Assembly (NCBI RefSeq): GCF_036880985.1
Contig: NZ_JBAJNO010000008.1
Span: 1,859,500-1,923,499, forward strand
From: Limibacter armeniacum
GTDB lineage: Bacteria > Bacteroidota > Bacteroidia > Cytophagales > Flammeovirgaceae
DNA: 64,000 nt
Reading direction: 5' to 3'
A program made the position numbers and the translations under genes. Shown in pieces: positions 1 to 9,949 of the stretch; the first letter of the stretch is position 1, and each line of letters starts with the position of its first letter. A model generated the notes under the pieces. The model made no database searches. It was not told the DNA's origin and saw nothing but the letters and a program-made list of their open reading frames with translations.

Positions 1-514
1 GTCAAGCTTCCGTGTGATCCCTAAGATACCTACAACAGATGCCTTTGTCTTGATCCTAGTTTCAGCACTTACAGTCGTATTTGACCTTGCCATTGCAGTG
101 TTTGCTGGTGTTATCGTATCAGCGTTGGTGTTTGCTTGGGAGAGTGCGAAAAGAATTCGTGCCAGAAAGCGTGTTAAAGAAGACGGTACAAAGGTTTATG
201 AAATCTGGGGACCTCTATTCTTTGGTTCTATCAGTGCTTTCAGCAGCAAGTTTGATGTAGCCAATGACCCTGAGAAAATCGAGATCGACTTTATTGAGTC
301 TAAGGTAACAGACCATTCAGGTGTTGAGGCAATCATTAGTATTGTAGAAAAGTATGAAAAGCTAGGTAAGCAAGTGAAGTTGACGCACTTAAGCAGTGAG
401 TGTAAGCAGTTACTTACCAAAGCTAACTATAGCTATAACTTGCATGCCGTGATTGAGGATACTGTAGAGGATCCACGTTACCATGTTGTAGCAGATCACA
501 ATGCGTTTGTATAA
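1..514 (+). CDS. SulP-family anion (sulfate) permease, C-terminal part with STAS domain; 5' end lies upstream of the window
   Basis: The frame is open from base 2. The last TM helix is followed by a STAS-like segment (YEIWGPLFFGS...IDF...VTDHSGVEAI...GKQVKLTHL). A stem-loop terminator follows. Confidence 0.6.
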   Translation, partial: SSFRVIPKIPTTDAFVLILVSALTVVFDLAIAVFAGVIVSALVFAWESAKRIRARKRVKEDGTKVYEIWGPLFFGSISAFSSKFDVANDPEKIEIDFIESKVTDHSGVEAIISIVEKYEKLGKQVKLTHLSSECKQLLTKANYSYNLHAVIEDTVEDPRYHVVADHNAFV

Positions 515-540
515 AAAATAGCATAGATAATCTCTAAATG

Positions 541-578
541 ACAGCGGAGTGGATCCGGTCCACTTCGCTGTTTTATTA
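541..578 (+). terminator. Rho-independent terminator downstream of the SulP gene
   Basis: Stem-loop ACAGCGGAGTGGA-TCCGG-TCCACTTCGCTGT followed by TTTTATT. Confidence 0.6.
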
Positions 579-807
579 GAACAGATAAACGTTATATTGG
601 AAAACCTTCGGTGCATTTGCTGCCGGAGGTTTTTTTGTTTTGATGGGACTTCTACTTTACTGTAATGATGAGTGGATTTGTTTAATTATATTAATAGTAA
701 GCCATAGTTTGTGGTCAAAACATTAAACAAAATAGAGAGAAAACCTTATAATTGAGTCTGTTTGAGATGTAACAATAGTTATTTTTTGGATTTAGAGTAA
801 GTGACTA

Positions 808-1341
808 TTGGACAATGATGATGTTGGTCGGTGGGGCAAAGTTTGTATAGACTACATTTTTCAGAAAAACCCAAAAAAGATGAAAGAAGACCTCTATTGT
901 ATTGTGTATGTGAGTGAGCAAAGCATTCCTTATGATATGAATATGTTAATTGACCTTGCTGATATATCTGCCATTAAAAATATCTCAATCGGCATAACGG
1001 GTTTTTTGTATTACGATAAAGGATACTTTTTCCAATACTTGGAGGGTGACAGGAAGTATGTAGAACAGTTAATGAGTAAAATAAAGTCAGATCCCACCCA
1101 TAGGTTTATTAACCTGAAAGAAGTGTTACCTTCAAAGGATGGGAAACGGCGTTTTCCTCATTGGTCAATGAGACTCATTAAAAAAGAGTTCATAACTTCT
1201 ATCACAATGGAAAATGTGATTATGGAGTATATGCTGTCTTTTAAGGAGGCAGGGCTAGAATTCAATGAGCATAGTAACATAACACTTGATACCATGTTGC
1301 TGAACATCTCAAAGTTTCAGTCCAAGTATTATATGTACTGA
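808..1341 (+). CDS. BLUF-domain blue-light photoreceptor (short, stand-alone). The start is more probably the ATG at 880 (MKEDLYCIVYVS...).
   Basis: BLUF motifs: LYCIVYVSEQS, NISIGITGFLYYDKGYFFQYLEGDRKYVEQLMSKI, DPTHRF, and the FPHWSM tryptophan region. Confidence 0.75.
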   Translation: MDNDDVGRWGKVCIDYIFQKNPKKMKEDLYCIVYVSEQSIPYDMNMLIDLADISAIKNISIGITGFLYYDKGYFFQYLEGDRKYVEQLMSKIKSDPTHRFINLKEVLPSKDGKRRFPHWSMRLIKKEFITSITMENVIMEYMLSFKEAGLEFNEHSNITLDTMLLNISKFQSKYYMY

Positions 1342-1447
1342 AGCTCGTGTTGTGATGGAATAGAAAAGTATTTTCAGGCTTAATGAAAATACCTTTTTAT
1401 ATGTAACGAACTATGCCTGCAAGATTCTCTTTTCTTATTTTTGCCTT

Positions 1448-3124
1448 ATGGCTGAAGATATAATAGAAAGGACCCCATTGCCCGAGGGGTACTATTTGCA
1501 TAATTTTTTAAAGTTGCTGGATTTCGTCAATGAGCGATATGATGATATGCTTATTGAAAACGAAAAGCAGTTTTACAAGACTTTTACAAAGCTTAGTGAG
1601 GGAGCGCAAAGGTTGTATGTCCGACTGGTTACCCGAAAAGGACCTTATTTTAGGTTGGACAAGGTTGCCTATGCTGAAATCCCTGAATTGGATCAGGCTG
1701 TAGATGAGTTGGAGTTAGCTGGTTTTTTTGCGGTTAATCCTCGTTTAGCCTTACCGCTTGCATTACATACCATTACAAAGCCCGAGCTAGTTGACTTCTT
1801 AAAGGATGTGCCCGAACTGAGTGAGTTTGTCAACCTTTCGGCAAGTAAACAACAGCTTGTGGCTGAAATAGCCTCATTGGAGGAAGCACAGGTTTGGGCA
1901 CTGCTGGAAAAGCGATTTACATTTTTACTACCCTTGTATCAGGAAACAGTAGAGATTTATAGGTTGCTGTTTTTTGGAAATCTGGAACAGGAGCTGTCCG
2001 AATTTATACTCGAAGATATTGGAGTACTCCGGTATGAGCCCTATGAGATCAGGGATGAGGATCGGTTTTTTCAGCAACGGCAAGTGGTGGAAGACTTACA
2101 TGCCTTTACATATGCCAATGCCGAATTGTGGGATGGTTTGCAGTCCAATCATTTGGAGAAGGTTATGGCTATCGGAAACTGGATGTTGGAACAGGACCCG
2201 CATGATAAGTTGAAAGGTAAGTACCGTAGAAGCTTTTGCCATATCGGGCGTTTTCTTGAAAAGTTTAAGCTTTGGGAAGAGGCATTGGGTTTTTACCAAC
2301 ACTCAGGACTACATCCTGCCAGAGAGCGAACAGTCAGGGTGTGGGAGAAAACAGGTAGGGAAGAGGCGTCACTGGTTTTATTGGCAGAGATATTGGAAAA
2401 TCCCTTTAATGAAGATGAGGCTGAGTTTGCAGCCATGTTTGCGGAAAAGGTAAAGAAGAAGGTAGGACAGCCATATCAGAAGCAAAAAAGGGAGACTTTC
2501 CCGACCGTTTCCAAGTCTTTAGAAAAGGAAGAAGGGTTAAACGTAGAAGCCATTGCACTGAACTCCTATCAGCAAGATGGATATGAAGGCTTCTATGCTG
2601 AAAACTTGTTATGGGGCGGGCTGTTTGGATTACTGTTTTGGGACATCATTTTTATGCCAATCCCAAATGTTTTCTTTAACCCGTTTCAGCGTGGACCAAA
2701 GGATTTGTTTTCTGAAAACTTTAGGGAAAAACGGACAGAACAGATTAAGAAACGTTTGGTTGAAGTAGCGTCAAATAATCAACTTTCAGTAACCATCAGG
2801 CAGTGCTATGAAGAGAAATTCAATACAGCCAATTACTTTGTAAGTTGGAAAAGGGCAGACTTGGAGCAGTTTGTCAAGATCGTAGAATGGGTGCCACGTG
2901 AACATTTGGTAGCCATCCTCTCCAGAATGGCTGATAACCTGCGGGAGTTTCGTTCAGGTTTTCCTGATCTGATGCTTTTTGGGAAGGAAAAAGGAGATTA
3001 CCTTTTGGCAGAAGTCAAAGGACCAGGCGACCAGTTAAGACCAAACCAAAAACGATGGTTCAGGTTCTTTCAAGAAATTGGGATTCCTTATAATGTGACT
3101 AAAGTAAGCTGGGCAGATGGTTAA
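1448..3124 (+). CDS. VRR-NUC domain nuclease, FAN1-like (bacterial Fanconi-associated nuclease 1 homologue)
   Basis: C-terminal PD-(D/E)xK VRR-NUC signature (PDLMLFGKEKGDYLLAEVKGPGDQLRPNQKRWFRFFQEIGIPYNV). Overall length of about 560 aa is typical of bacterial FAN1. Confidence 0.65.
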   Translation: MAEDIIERTPLPEGYYLHNFLKLLDFVNERYDDMLIENEKQFYKTFTKLSEGAQRLYVRLVTRKGPYFRLDKVAYAEIPELDQAVDELELAGFFAVNPRLALPLALHTITKPELVDFLKDVPELSEFVNLSASKQQLVAEIASLEEAQVWALLEKRFTFLLPLYQETVEIYRLLFFGNLEQELSEFILEDIGVLRYEPYEIRDEDRFFQQRQVVEDLHAFTYANAELWDGLQSNHLEKVMAIGNWMLEQDPHDKLKGKYRRSFCHIGRFLEKFKLWEEALGFYQHSGLHPARERTVRVWEKTGREEASLVLLAEILENPFNEDEAEFAAMFAEKVKKKVGQPYQKQKRETFPTVSKSLEKEEGLNVEAIALNSYQQDGYEGFYAENLLWGGLFGLLFWDIIFMPIPNVFFNPFQRGPKDLFSENFREKRTEQIKKRLVEVASNNQLSVTIRQCYEEKFNTANYFVSWKRADLEQFVKIVEWVPREHLVAILSRMADNLREFRSGFPDLMLFGKEKGDYLLAEVKGPGDQLRPNQKRWFRFFQEIGIPYNVTKVSWADG

Positions 3125-3146
3125 ACCTTTGTACAGCTATCAAAAA

Positions 3147-3185
3147 AGGCATAGAAGTAGTCATTCTTCTATGCCTTTTATTTTA
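3147..3185. terminator. Bidirectional stem-loop terminator between convergent genes
   Basis: AGGCATAGAAG-tagtcatt-CTTCTATGCCT flanked by A-run and T-run (TTTTATTTTA). Confidence 0.65.
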
Positions 3186-3203
3186 TCCAGTTACAGGAAG
3201 AGC

Positions 3204-4031
3204 TCAAACTTTAGATTCAGGAAGTTCCAGCACTTCTCTTCTGATTACTTCCAGTACACCATCATTGTCATTGCTTTTGGTAATAAACCTCGCTGCCTGT
3301 TTCAGCTCCTCATGTGCATTTTCCATAGCATAGCTGAAGTACGCACAAGACATCATTTCCAAGTCATTAAGGTAGTCACCAAATACCATTGTTTCTTCGG
3401 GAGAAATGTTATGCAGTTTTTGTAGTGTTTCTATCGCTTTGCCTTTATTGGCATCAGGAGCTGAAATGTCCAACCACATAGCGCCAGCCACCTTTACATT
3501 CATCTCATTTTTATACTGCTCAAAGTAAGGAAGCGTATATTTCTCCGCGCCATTCAAGTCACAGATAGTGAACTTTAAGATCTTGTCATCCACCTTTGAA
3601 AGGTCATCTACCACCTCAAACTTGTGATAGTACTTTTTTAGTTGAGCCATTAGTTCTGGGGCATCAGACTCTACATAGCATGATTTTCTGCCACAGAACA
3701 AAGTATAAGTGTTAGGGACTTTTCTTCCGATTTCCAACAGCTCCAGCACAGTGTCAAACGGGAGGTCGTTGATTTGTTGTTCTTCCTCCTTGTGCATTAG
3801 CAAGCTTCCGTTTTCAGCTGCGAAATAGATTTCATCTTTGATTGGAAGCATTTGCTCACGGAGGTTATAATATTGTCTGCCACTGGCTACACAAAATAGG
3901 ATGCCTTTCTGCTTTAGCATTTCAAAAACTGAGAAAAAGTCATCAGGAAGCTCGTGATTGGATTTCACTAGTGTGCCATCCATGTCAGTGACGATAAGCT
4001 TGATTTGATTGGAGTTCATATGATAGTTCAA
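3204..4031 (-). CDS. Cof-type HAD-IIB family hydrolase (sugar phosphatase-like)
   Basis: N-terminal DxD motif (LIVTDMDGTLV), Cof-like cap, and C-terminal GDxxND (FGDYLNDLEM). Confidence 0.8.
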   Translation of the reverse strand: MNYHMNSNQIKLIVTDMDGTLVKSNHELPDDFFSVFEMLKQKGILFCVASGRQYYNLREQMLPIKDEIYFAAENGSLLMHKEEEQQINDLPFDTVLELLEIGRKVPNTYTLFCGRKSCYVESDAPELMAQLKKYYHKFEVVDDLSKVDDKILKFTICDLNGAEKYTLPYFEQYKNEMNVKVAGAMWLDISAPDANKGKAIETLQKLHNISPEETMVFGDYLNDLEMMSCAYFSYAMENAHEELKQAARFITKSNDNDGVLEVIRREVLELPESKV

Positions 4032-4225
4032 TTAAAAATACATTCAGCGTTTTAAAAGGAACGAAGTTAAGGATTTAATGTTTAGAGCATATTGCGATCC
4101 TGTAAATATTCCTTATTAGTCAGTGAGAGAAGAATGAAATGCGGCTAACGAAATCCCTTCTTTAAAACCACATAAAAAAACGAGGAAAGTGAGTAAATTA
4201 TAGCTACGACAACCAACAAGCATAG

Positions 4226-5119
4226 ATGAAAGAACTTTTCGAATTTATATATAATTGGTTCCATAGCCTGACAGGAATTTCACCGAATGTCCAGCACCGC
4301 ATTGTCCTGACGCTACTTATCATCCTATTCTTTTTTATCCTTGACAAGATTACACTGAAAATCGTTTTCAAAAGAAACGAAGATCCAGCTTTAAGGTACA
4401 AGTGGCGTAAAGGCGTATTCTACCTTTCGTATTTTCTAGGCTTTCTATTGGTGGCAAGGGTTTGGTTATATCAGTTGCCTTCCTTGGTGACTTATTTTGG
4501 TTTGCTTTCAGCAGGTGTTGCCATTGCTCTGCGAGATCCACTGACAAGTTTTGTTGCCTGGATCTTTATCCTTTGGCGGAAGCCATTTGATGTCGGCGAC
4601 CGGATTGAAATAGATAAGGTCAAAGGAGATGTGATAGATGTAAGAATTTTTCAGCTGACCTTGATTGAAGTAGGTAATTGGGTAGATGCAGATCAGAGCA
4701 CAGGTCGGTTGATTCATGTGCCAAACCATAAGGTCTTTACAGGCTATGTGGCAAATTATACTGTGGCATTTCCTTACATATGGGAGGAAAAGGAGGTACT
4801 GATTACCTTTGAAAGTGACTGGAAGAAAGCCAAGGAAATTCTAAGGGAAGTAGCCGATAAACATACCAGTATTTATCAGGACGATGCCCGTAAATATGTG
4901 AAGGAAGCTTCCAAAAAGTTTTTGGTGTATTTCAATAAGCTTACCCCAATTGTTTACACTGATGTCAAAGAAAGTGGCGTGAGGCTAACGGTTCGCTATT
5001 TTTGCCCTGCAAGACGCCGAAGGGGAATTTCAACGGACATATGGGAGGATATCCTTGATAATTTTCAGAAGGAAAAAGGGATAAATCTGGCATATCCTAC
5101 CCAAAGATGGGTCAGGTAA
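4226..5119 (+). CDS. Mechanosensitive ion channel, MscS family
   Basis: TM helices followed by an MscS beta-domain (PFDVGDRIEIDKVKGDVIDVRIFQLTLIEVGNWVDADQSTGRLIHVPN). Confidence 0.8.
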   Translation: MKELFEFIYNWFHSLTGISPNVQHRIVLTLLIILFFFILDKITLKIVFKRNEDPALRYKWRKGVFYLSYFLGFLLVARVWLYQLPSLVTYFGLLSAGVAIALRDPLTSFVAWIFILWRKPFDVGDRIEIDKVKGDVIDVRIFQLTLIEVGNWVDADQSTGRLIHVPNHKVFTGYVANYTVAFPYIWEEKEVLITFESDWKKAKEILREVADKHTSIYQDDARKYVKEASKKFLVYFNKLTPIVYTDVKESGVRLTVRYFCPARRRRGISTDIWEDILDNFQKEKGINLAYPTQRWVR

Positions 5120-5237
5120 CCAAAATTTGGCTTTCTTCTATACTCTCTCAGCTTAAGTATAAGCTAATTTTATTAAGTTTGTAACTTGCATTTTGGCAAG
5201 AGAAATTATCGGTTAAAAATAAACCAAGCATAGATCA

Positions 5238-7148
5238 ATGGATTTAGAAAAGAAAGTTGTTCAAGGAATTGCTGAGGCGTTTAAAAACGTATATGATGCC
5301 GAGGTAGCAGAATCAGACATCAATTTGCAGCCTACTAAAAAGGACTTTGAGGGTGATCTGACTTTTGTGGTTTTTCCATTTCTGAGAGTGACAAAGGCAA
5401 AGCCTGAGCAAACGGCTGAGGCGATTGGGGCTTACCTGAAGGAGCATGTAAATGCTGTTTCAGATTATAATGTAGTGAACGGTTTCTTGAATCTTGTATT
5501 CAATAAGTCGGTTTGGGTAGATACATTGAAAAACCTGGCTGAAAATGATAGCCTAGGTGCAAATGCCCGAAGAGATGAGAAAGTAATGGTAGAGTACTCT
5601 TCTCCAAATACCAACAAGCCACTACACCTTGGTCATTTGAGGAATAACTTCTTGGGATATTCTGTTTCTAACATCCTTGAAGCTGACGGTTATGATGTAA
5701 CCAAAGTAAACTTGGTAAACGACCGTGGTATTCATATCTGTAAGTCAATGTTGGCTTACCAAAAGTTTGGTAACGGTGAGCAGCCTTCAGAGAGCTTGAA
5801 AGGAGACCACTTGGCAGGTAAATACTACGTAAAGTTTGACAAGGCTTACAAAGAGGAGATTGACCAGCTGTTAGCAGAAAAGCAAGCTGATTATCCTGCC
5901 TTGGCTGGAGTGGAAGACGTGAAATCGTTGAAAAAAGAGATCGAGTCAAAAGGCAAAAAAGAAGAGCTGACAGATACAGAAAAAGAGCAAATCAAGGCGC
6001 TGAAGGAGCTGTTTACTTATGCAGAGAAAAATGCGCCACTTTTGTTGGAGGCACAGGAAATGCTACGTAAATGGGAAGCTGGTGACGAGGATACTGTATC
6101 TCTGTGGAAGCAGATGAACGAGTGGGTGTACGAAGGTTTTGACAAGACGTACAAGCTGATGGGCGTTGAGTTTGACCACATGTACAAAGAGTCTGAGACT
6201 TACCTGCTGGGTAAAGATATTGTAGAGGAAGGTTTGGAAAAAGGAGTGTTCTTCAAGAAAGAAGACAATTCTGTATGGATTGACCTTTCTGATGAAGGAC
6301 TGGATGAGAAGCTGGTACTTCGTGGTGACGGTACGGCTGTATACATGACACAAGACATGGGTACAGCTGACCTGAAAGCGAATGACTACGGTATGAAGAA
6401 GTCGATCTACGTGGTAGGTAACGAGCAAGATTACCACTTCAAGGTGCTTCAGCTGATTATGAAAAAGCTGGGACGTGATTATGCAGATGGTATCTATCAC
6501 CTGTCATACGGTATGGTGGATTTGCCGACTGGTAAGATGAAGTCACGTGAAGGTACTGTGGTAGATGCGGACGATCTGATCCAGGAGATGATCGATACAG
6601 CAGAGGAAAGAACGAAGGAATCAGGTAAGATCGATAATTTTACGGAAGAGGAAGCGAAAGAGCTTTACCGCATGTTGGCATTGGGAGCACTGAAGTATTA
6701 CCTGCTGAAAGTAGACCCAAGAAAACGTATGCTTTTCAACCCTAAAGAGTCAATTGACTTCCAAGGTGATACAGGTGTTTATATTCAGTATAACCACGCC
6801 AAGATTCAAGCATTGTTGAGAAGAGCTGAAAAGGATGGAATTGATTATTCACCTGCTGCATTTGAAGGCCTAACAGCGCTTTCAGCTGTAGAGGCAGACC
6901 TTGTGGCACTACTGGCAAAAGTAGGTGACAAGATCAGTGAATCGGCAAGGGATTATGCTCCTTCTGTAATGGCAAGCTATGGCTTTGATGTAGCAAAGGC
7001 ATACAGTAAAGTATATGCTGAAATGCCAATCTTCAATGAGGAAGACAGCAAGAAAAAGGCATTCAGAATTGCTTTGTCAGAGCAGACTGCTCGAGTGATT
7101 AAGGTAGCCATGAACCTGATTGGTGTTGAGGTACCAAACAGAATGTAA
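5238..7148 (+). CDS. argS: Arginine--tRNA ligase
   Basis: Class-I HIGH variant (PLHLGHLRN), a KMKSREG (KMSKS-like) motif, and a C-terminal DALR anticodon-binding domain ending ...GVEVPNRM, as in ArgRS. Confidence 0.8.
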   Translation: MDLEKKVVQGIAEAFKNVYDAEVAESDINLQPTKKDFEGDLTFVVFPFLRVTKAKPEQTAEAIGAYLKEHVNAVSDYNVVNGFLNLVFNKSVWVDTLKNLAENDSLGANARRDEKVMVEYSSPNTNKPLHLGHLRNNFLGYSVSNILEADGYDVTKVNLVNDRGIHICKSMLAYQKFGNGEQPSESLKGDHLAGKYYVKFDKAYKEEIDQLLAEKQADYPALAGVEDVKSLKKEIESKGKKEELTDTEKEQIKALKELFTYAEKNAPLLLEAQEMLRKWEAGDEDTVSLWKQMNEWVYEGFDKTYKLMGVEFDHMYKESETYLLGKDIVEEGLEKGVFFKKEDNSVWIDLSDEGLDEKLVLRGDGTAVYMTQDMGTADLKANDYGMKKSIYVVGNEQDYHFKVLQLIMKKLGRDYADGIYHLSYGMVDLPTGKMKSREGTVVDADDLIQEMIDTAEERTKESGKIDNFTEEEAKELYRMLALGALKYYLLKVDPRKRMLFNPKESIDFQGDTGVYIQYNHAKIQALLRRAEKDGIDYSPAAFEGLTALSAVEADLVALLAKVGDKISESARDYAPSVMASYGFDVAKAYSKVYAEMPIFNEEDSKKKAFRIALSEQTARVIKVAMNLIGVEVPNRM

Positions 7149-7173
7149 TTGATAATAATATCATCGAAATTTA

Positions 7174-7216
7174 AAAAGCATGTCAACCCTAAGGTGGGTA
7201 GGCATGCTTTTTTTAT
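7174..7216 (+). terminator. Rho-independent terminator after argS
   Basis: AAAGCATG...CATGCTTTTTTTATTT stem-loop. Confidence 0.55.
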
Positions 7217-7313
7217 TTAATATTTGAACTGTGAAACTTCTTAGGTGTAAATTGTAGATTATTGCTATCGCTCATAGCTTATTGTTTTCCAAAAATAACT
7301 ATCAGACAATCTT

Positions 7314-7817
7314 ATGCCTACTACAATAATTTCACTCGAGGATATTCAAATCAGGACTTACCTTAAACCTGGAGATATAGGATATGTTACTTTTTTACAT
7401 GGGGATTTATATAGTAAAGAATTTGGGTATGGTGTTGATTTTGAATCTTATGTAGCAAAAGGGTTAGGGGAGTTTGCGGTCAATTTTGATTCAAAAAAAG
7501 AGAGGGTTTGGGTTTGTGAGTATAAAGAGCAAATCATTGGCTTCCTGTCACTGGTGAATAGTGATGGTGCTGCACAATTACGCTACTTTTTGATTTTACC
7601 TGAGTTTAGAGGAATCGGCTTAGGAGGGAAGTTAATGAACCTGTTTATGGAGTTTATGCAGGAAGCAGGTTACCACACTTCTTTTTTATTGACTACTCCT
7701 GCGTTGGAGACGGCTACTAAGTTGTATCAAAAATTTGGATATCAATTGGAAGAGGAATTGCCGTCATTAGTTTTTCAGGAACCAAAAACATTACTCAAGT
7801 ATACAATCGAACTGTAA
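7314..7817 (+). CDS. GNAT family N-acetyltransferase
   Basis: Acetyl-CoA binding motif (FRGIGLGGKLMNLFMEFMQEAGY). Confidence 0.75.
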   Translation: MPTTIISLEDIQIRTYLKPGDIGYVTFLHGDLYSKEFGYGVDFESYVAKGLGEFAVNFDSKKERVWVCEYKEQIIGFLSLVNSDGAAQLRYFLILPEFRGIGLGGKLMNLFMEFMQEAGYHTSFLLTTPALETATKLYQKFGYQLEEELPSLVFQEPKTLLKYTIEL

Positions 7818-7864
7818 GGAAATTGTCGACTTAGCCTAAAGTCAAGCTTACACTCATTTATAAG

Positions 7865-9814
7865 ATGAAAGATAAACATTACAACAGCCAGATCAGGTGG
7901 GTTGCCTATCTGATGATGGTAGCCGGTATATTGGTTATGTTTGGCTGGATAATAGATTTTAAGCCTCTTCTGAGTGTTGTTCCAGGTTTGCCGACCATGA
8001 AGTTCAATACAGCACTTTGCTTCTTCCTTTCAGGAGCTACCTTAGTTACCGTTTCAGATCAAGGGTTGTATCTTGATAGCCTTAACAGGTTTTTTTCCAC
8101 CTTGGTCTTTCTGATAGGAGGATTGACCCTGATAGAACATGCACTTGACCGTCAGTTTGGAATAGACGAAATTTTTGTAAAAGACCAGATTTCTATCGTC
8201 ACTAAGTATAGTGAGCCAGGCAGAATGTCCACTGCTACGTCTTTTTGCTTTGTGCTGTTTAGTTCAGCATTTATCCTTTTTAAGTTCAAGAGAGGGAAAA
8301 CCAACTTTTTTGGGCAGTTGTTGCTGCATCTGGTAACTATTATTTCAATGGTTTCCTTTATCAGCTATCTGTATGGTGTTCCGGTGTTAAGTAAGTTGTC
8401 CATTTTTACCTCCATGGCGATTCATACTTCGCTAATGTTTGTCTTGCTGTCGATAGCGGCTTCGTTAGTACACTATAGGCTGGGGGCTACTGCAAGGTTT
8501 ACAGGAAATGGGATTGGTAATGAACTGATCAGGAGAATGTTTCCAACGACCTTGACGATGGTTTTAATATTGGGATTATTACAGCTTCAGGCGATAGAGA
8601 AAGGATGGATTTCTGCTGAATTTGGTATTGCACTCTTTGTCATTTCTTACCTGTTAGCGCATTTGTTTTTGCTGTTTTCGATAGTTGATAAAGTCAATGT
8701 ACTGGATCGTGAAAGAAAGAAAGTACAAGAGCAGTTTAAGACCGTTGTAGAGTCAACACCAAATGCATTGCTGTTAATGAATCAGGATGGGTTTATTACG
8801 ATGGTTAATAGGGAAGCAGAGGAGCTTTTTGGTTATAATCGAGATGAATTGGTTGGGATTGAAATCGAGCAACTGATGCCTGAAGAGTTTCGTCAAGACC
8901 ATCCAGTGCTTCGAAATGATTTTTATAAAGACCCCAAAGCCCGCCCGATGGGAAAAGGCAGGGTATTGTTCGCTTTGCGCAAAAATAAAGAAAGGGTACC
9001 TGTTGAAATTGGCTTGAGTCCGATCGAAAATGATGGCAAAACTATGGTGTTGGCTTCCATTATTGATATTTCAGAAAGAATAATGGCTGAAGAAATCATT
9101 AAAAGACACTCAAAGGAACTAGAAGCCAAAAATAAGGAGCTGGAGCAGTTTGCCTATATCGCCTCACATGATTTGCAGGAGCCACTGAATACCGTTATTG
9201 GTTTTACCTCGATACTGGAAGAGCACTTCCAAGATGATGAATATGCTACAAAGCGTCTGATGCATATCAGTCGATCATCGAACAGGATGCTAGCTTTTAT
9301 AAGGGCTTTGCTGGACTATAGCAGGTTAGGTCGGAATGCGAAGTTAGAAGATGTTGACTGTAACCAGTTGTTGGAATCGTTAGTAGCTGATCTGAACAAC
9401 CTTATTTCCACTACAGAAACAAAGGTAACTATTGATAAGCTACCGGTTTTAAAGGCTTATAGCGGAGAGTTGAGAATGTTGTTCCAAAACCTGATAACCA
9501 ATGCTATCAAGTTTAGAAAACCTGAGGATACTGCTGAAATTGAGATCAGTGCAGAAAGAAATGGGAGAATGTGGCAGTTTTCAGTACAGGACAATGGTAT
9601 TGGTATTCCTGAGGAACATCAGGAGCATATATTTGAAATCTTTCAGCGATTGCACCGTAGGGATGAAATAGAGGGTACGGGTATAGGATTGGCACATTGT
9701 AAGAAGATCGTTGATTTGCATAATGGTAAAGTATGGGTAACGTCAGAAGTAGGGGTAGGTAGCACTTTTTATTTTACAATTGATGACTTGGGTAATACTA
9801 ATTTGGGGATATAA
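7865..9814 (+). CDS. Sensor histidine kinase with an N-terminal multi-TM sensor, a PAS domain, HisKA and HATPase_c; no cognate response regulator nearby
   Basis: About 8 predicted TM helices in the first 280 aa. PAS region (FITMVNREAEELFGY). H-box (FAYIASHDLQEPLNTV). N, G1 and G2 boxes (ITNAIKF, DNGIGIP, GTGIGL). Confidence 0.85.
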   Translation: MKDKHYNSQIRWVAYLMMVAGILVMFGWIIDFKPLLSVVPGLPTMKFNTALCFFLSGATLVTVSDQGLYLDSLNRFFSTLVFLIGGLTLIEHALDRQFGIDEIFVKDQISIVTKYSEPGRMSTATSFCFVLFSSAFILFKFKRGKTNFFGQLLLHLVTIISMVSFISYLYGVPVLSKLSIFTSMAIHTSLMFVLLSIAASLVHYRLGATARFTGNGIGNELIRRMFPTTLTMVLILGLLQLQAIEKGWISAEFGIALFVISYLLAHLFLLFSIVDKVNVLDRERKKVQEQFKTVVESTPNALLLMNQDGFITMVNREAEELFGYNRDELVGIEIEQLMPEEFRQDHPVLRNDFYKDPKARPMGKGRVLFALRKNKERVPVEIGLSPIENDGKTMVLASIIDISERIMAEEIIKRHSKELEAKNKELEQFAYIASHDLQEPLNTVIGFTSILEEHFQDDEYATKRLMHISRSSNRMLAFIRALLDYSRLGRNAKLEDVDCNQLLESLVADLNNLISTTETKVTIDKLPVLKAYSGELRMLFQNLITNAIKFRKPEDTAEIEISAERNGRMWQFSVQDNGIGIPEEHQEHIFEIFQRLHRRDEIEGTGIGLAHCKKIVDLHNGKVWVTSEVGVGSTFYFTIDDLGNTNLGI

Positions 9815-9949
9815 ATTTTTTTGAAACAAATGAACAACTATCTTTGCGCAACGTTGTAAATATGACACTTACTGTAGACCACTAATCAGCTGTTTTCTAT
9901 ATATTTAAGTATAGGGAACTAGTGGACCATACTAACACATATAACCATT

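Noticed and set aside
808-879. 24-aa N-terminal extension of the BLUF ORF
   Set aside because: BLUF proteins begin a few residues before the conserved Tyr strand. The ATG at 880 (MKEDLYCIVY) fits; the extension has no counterpart.
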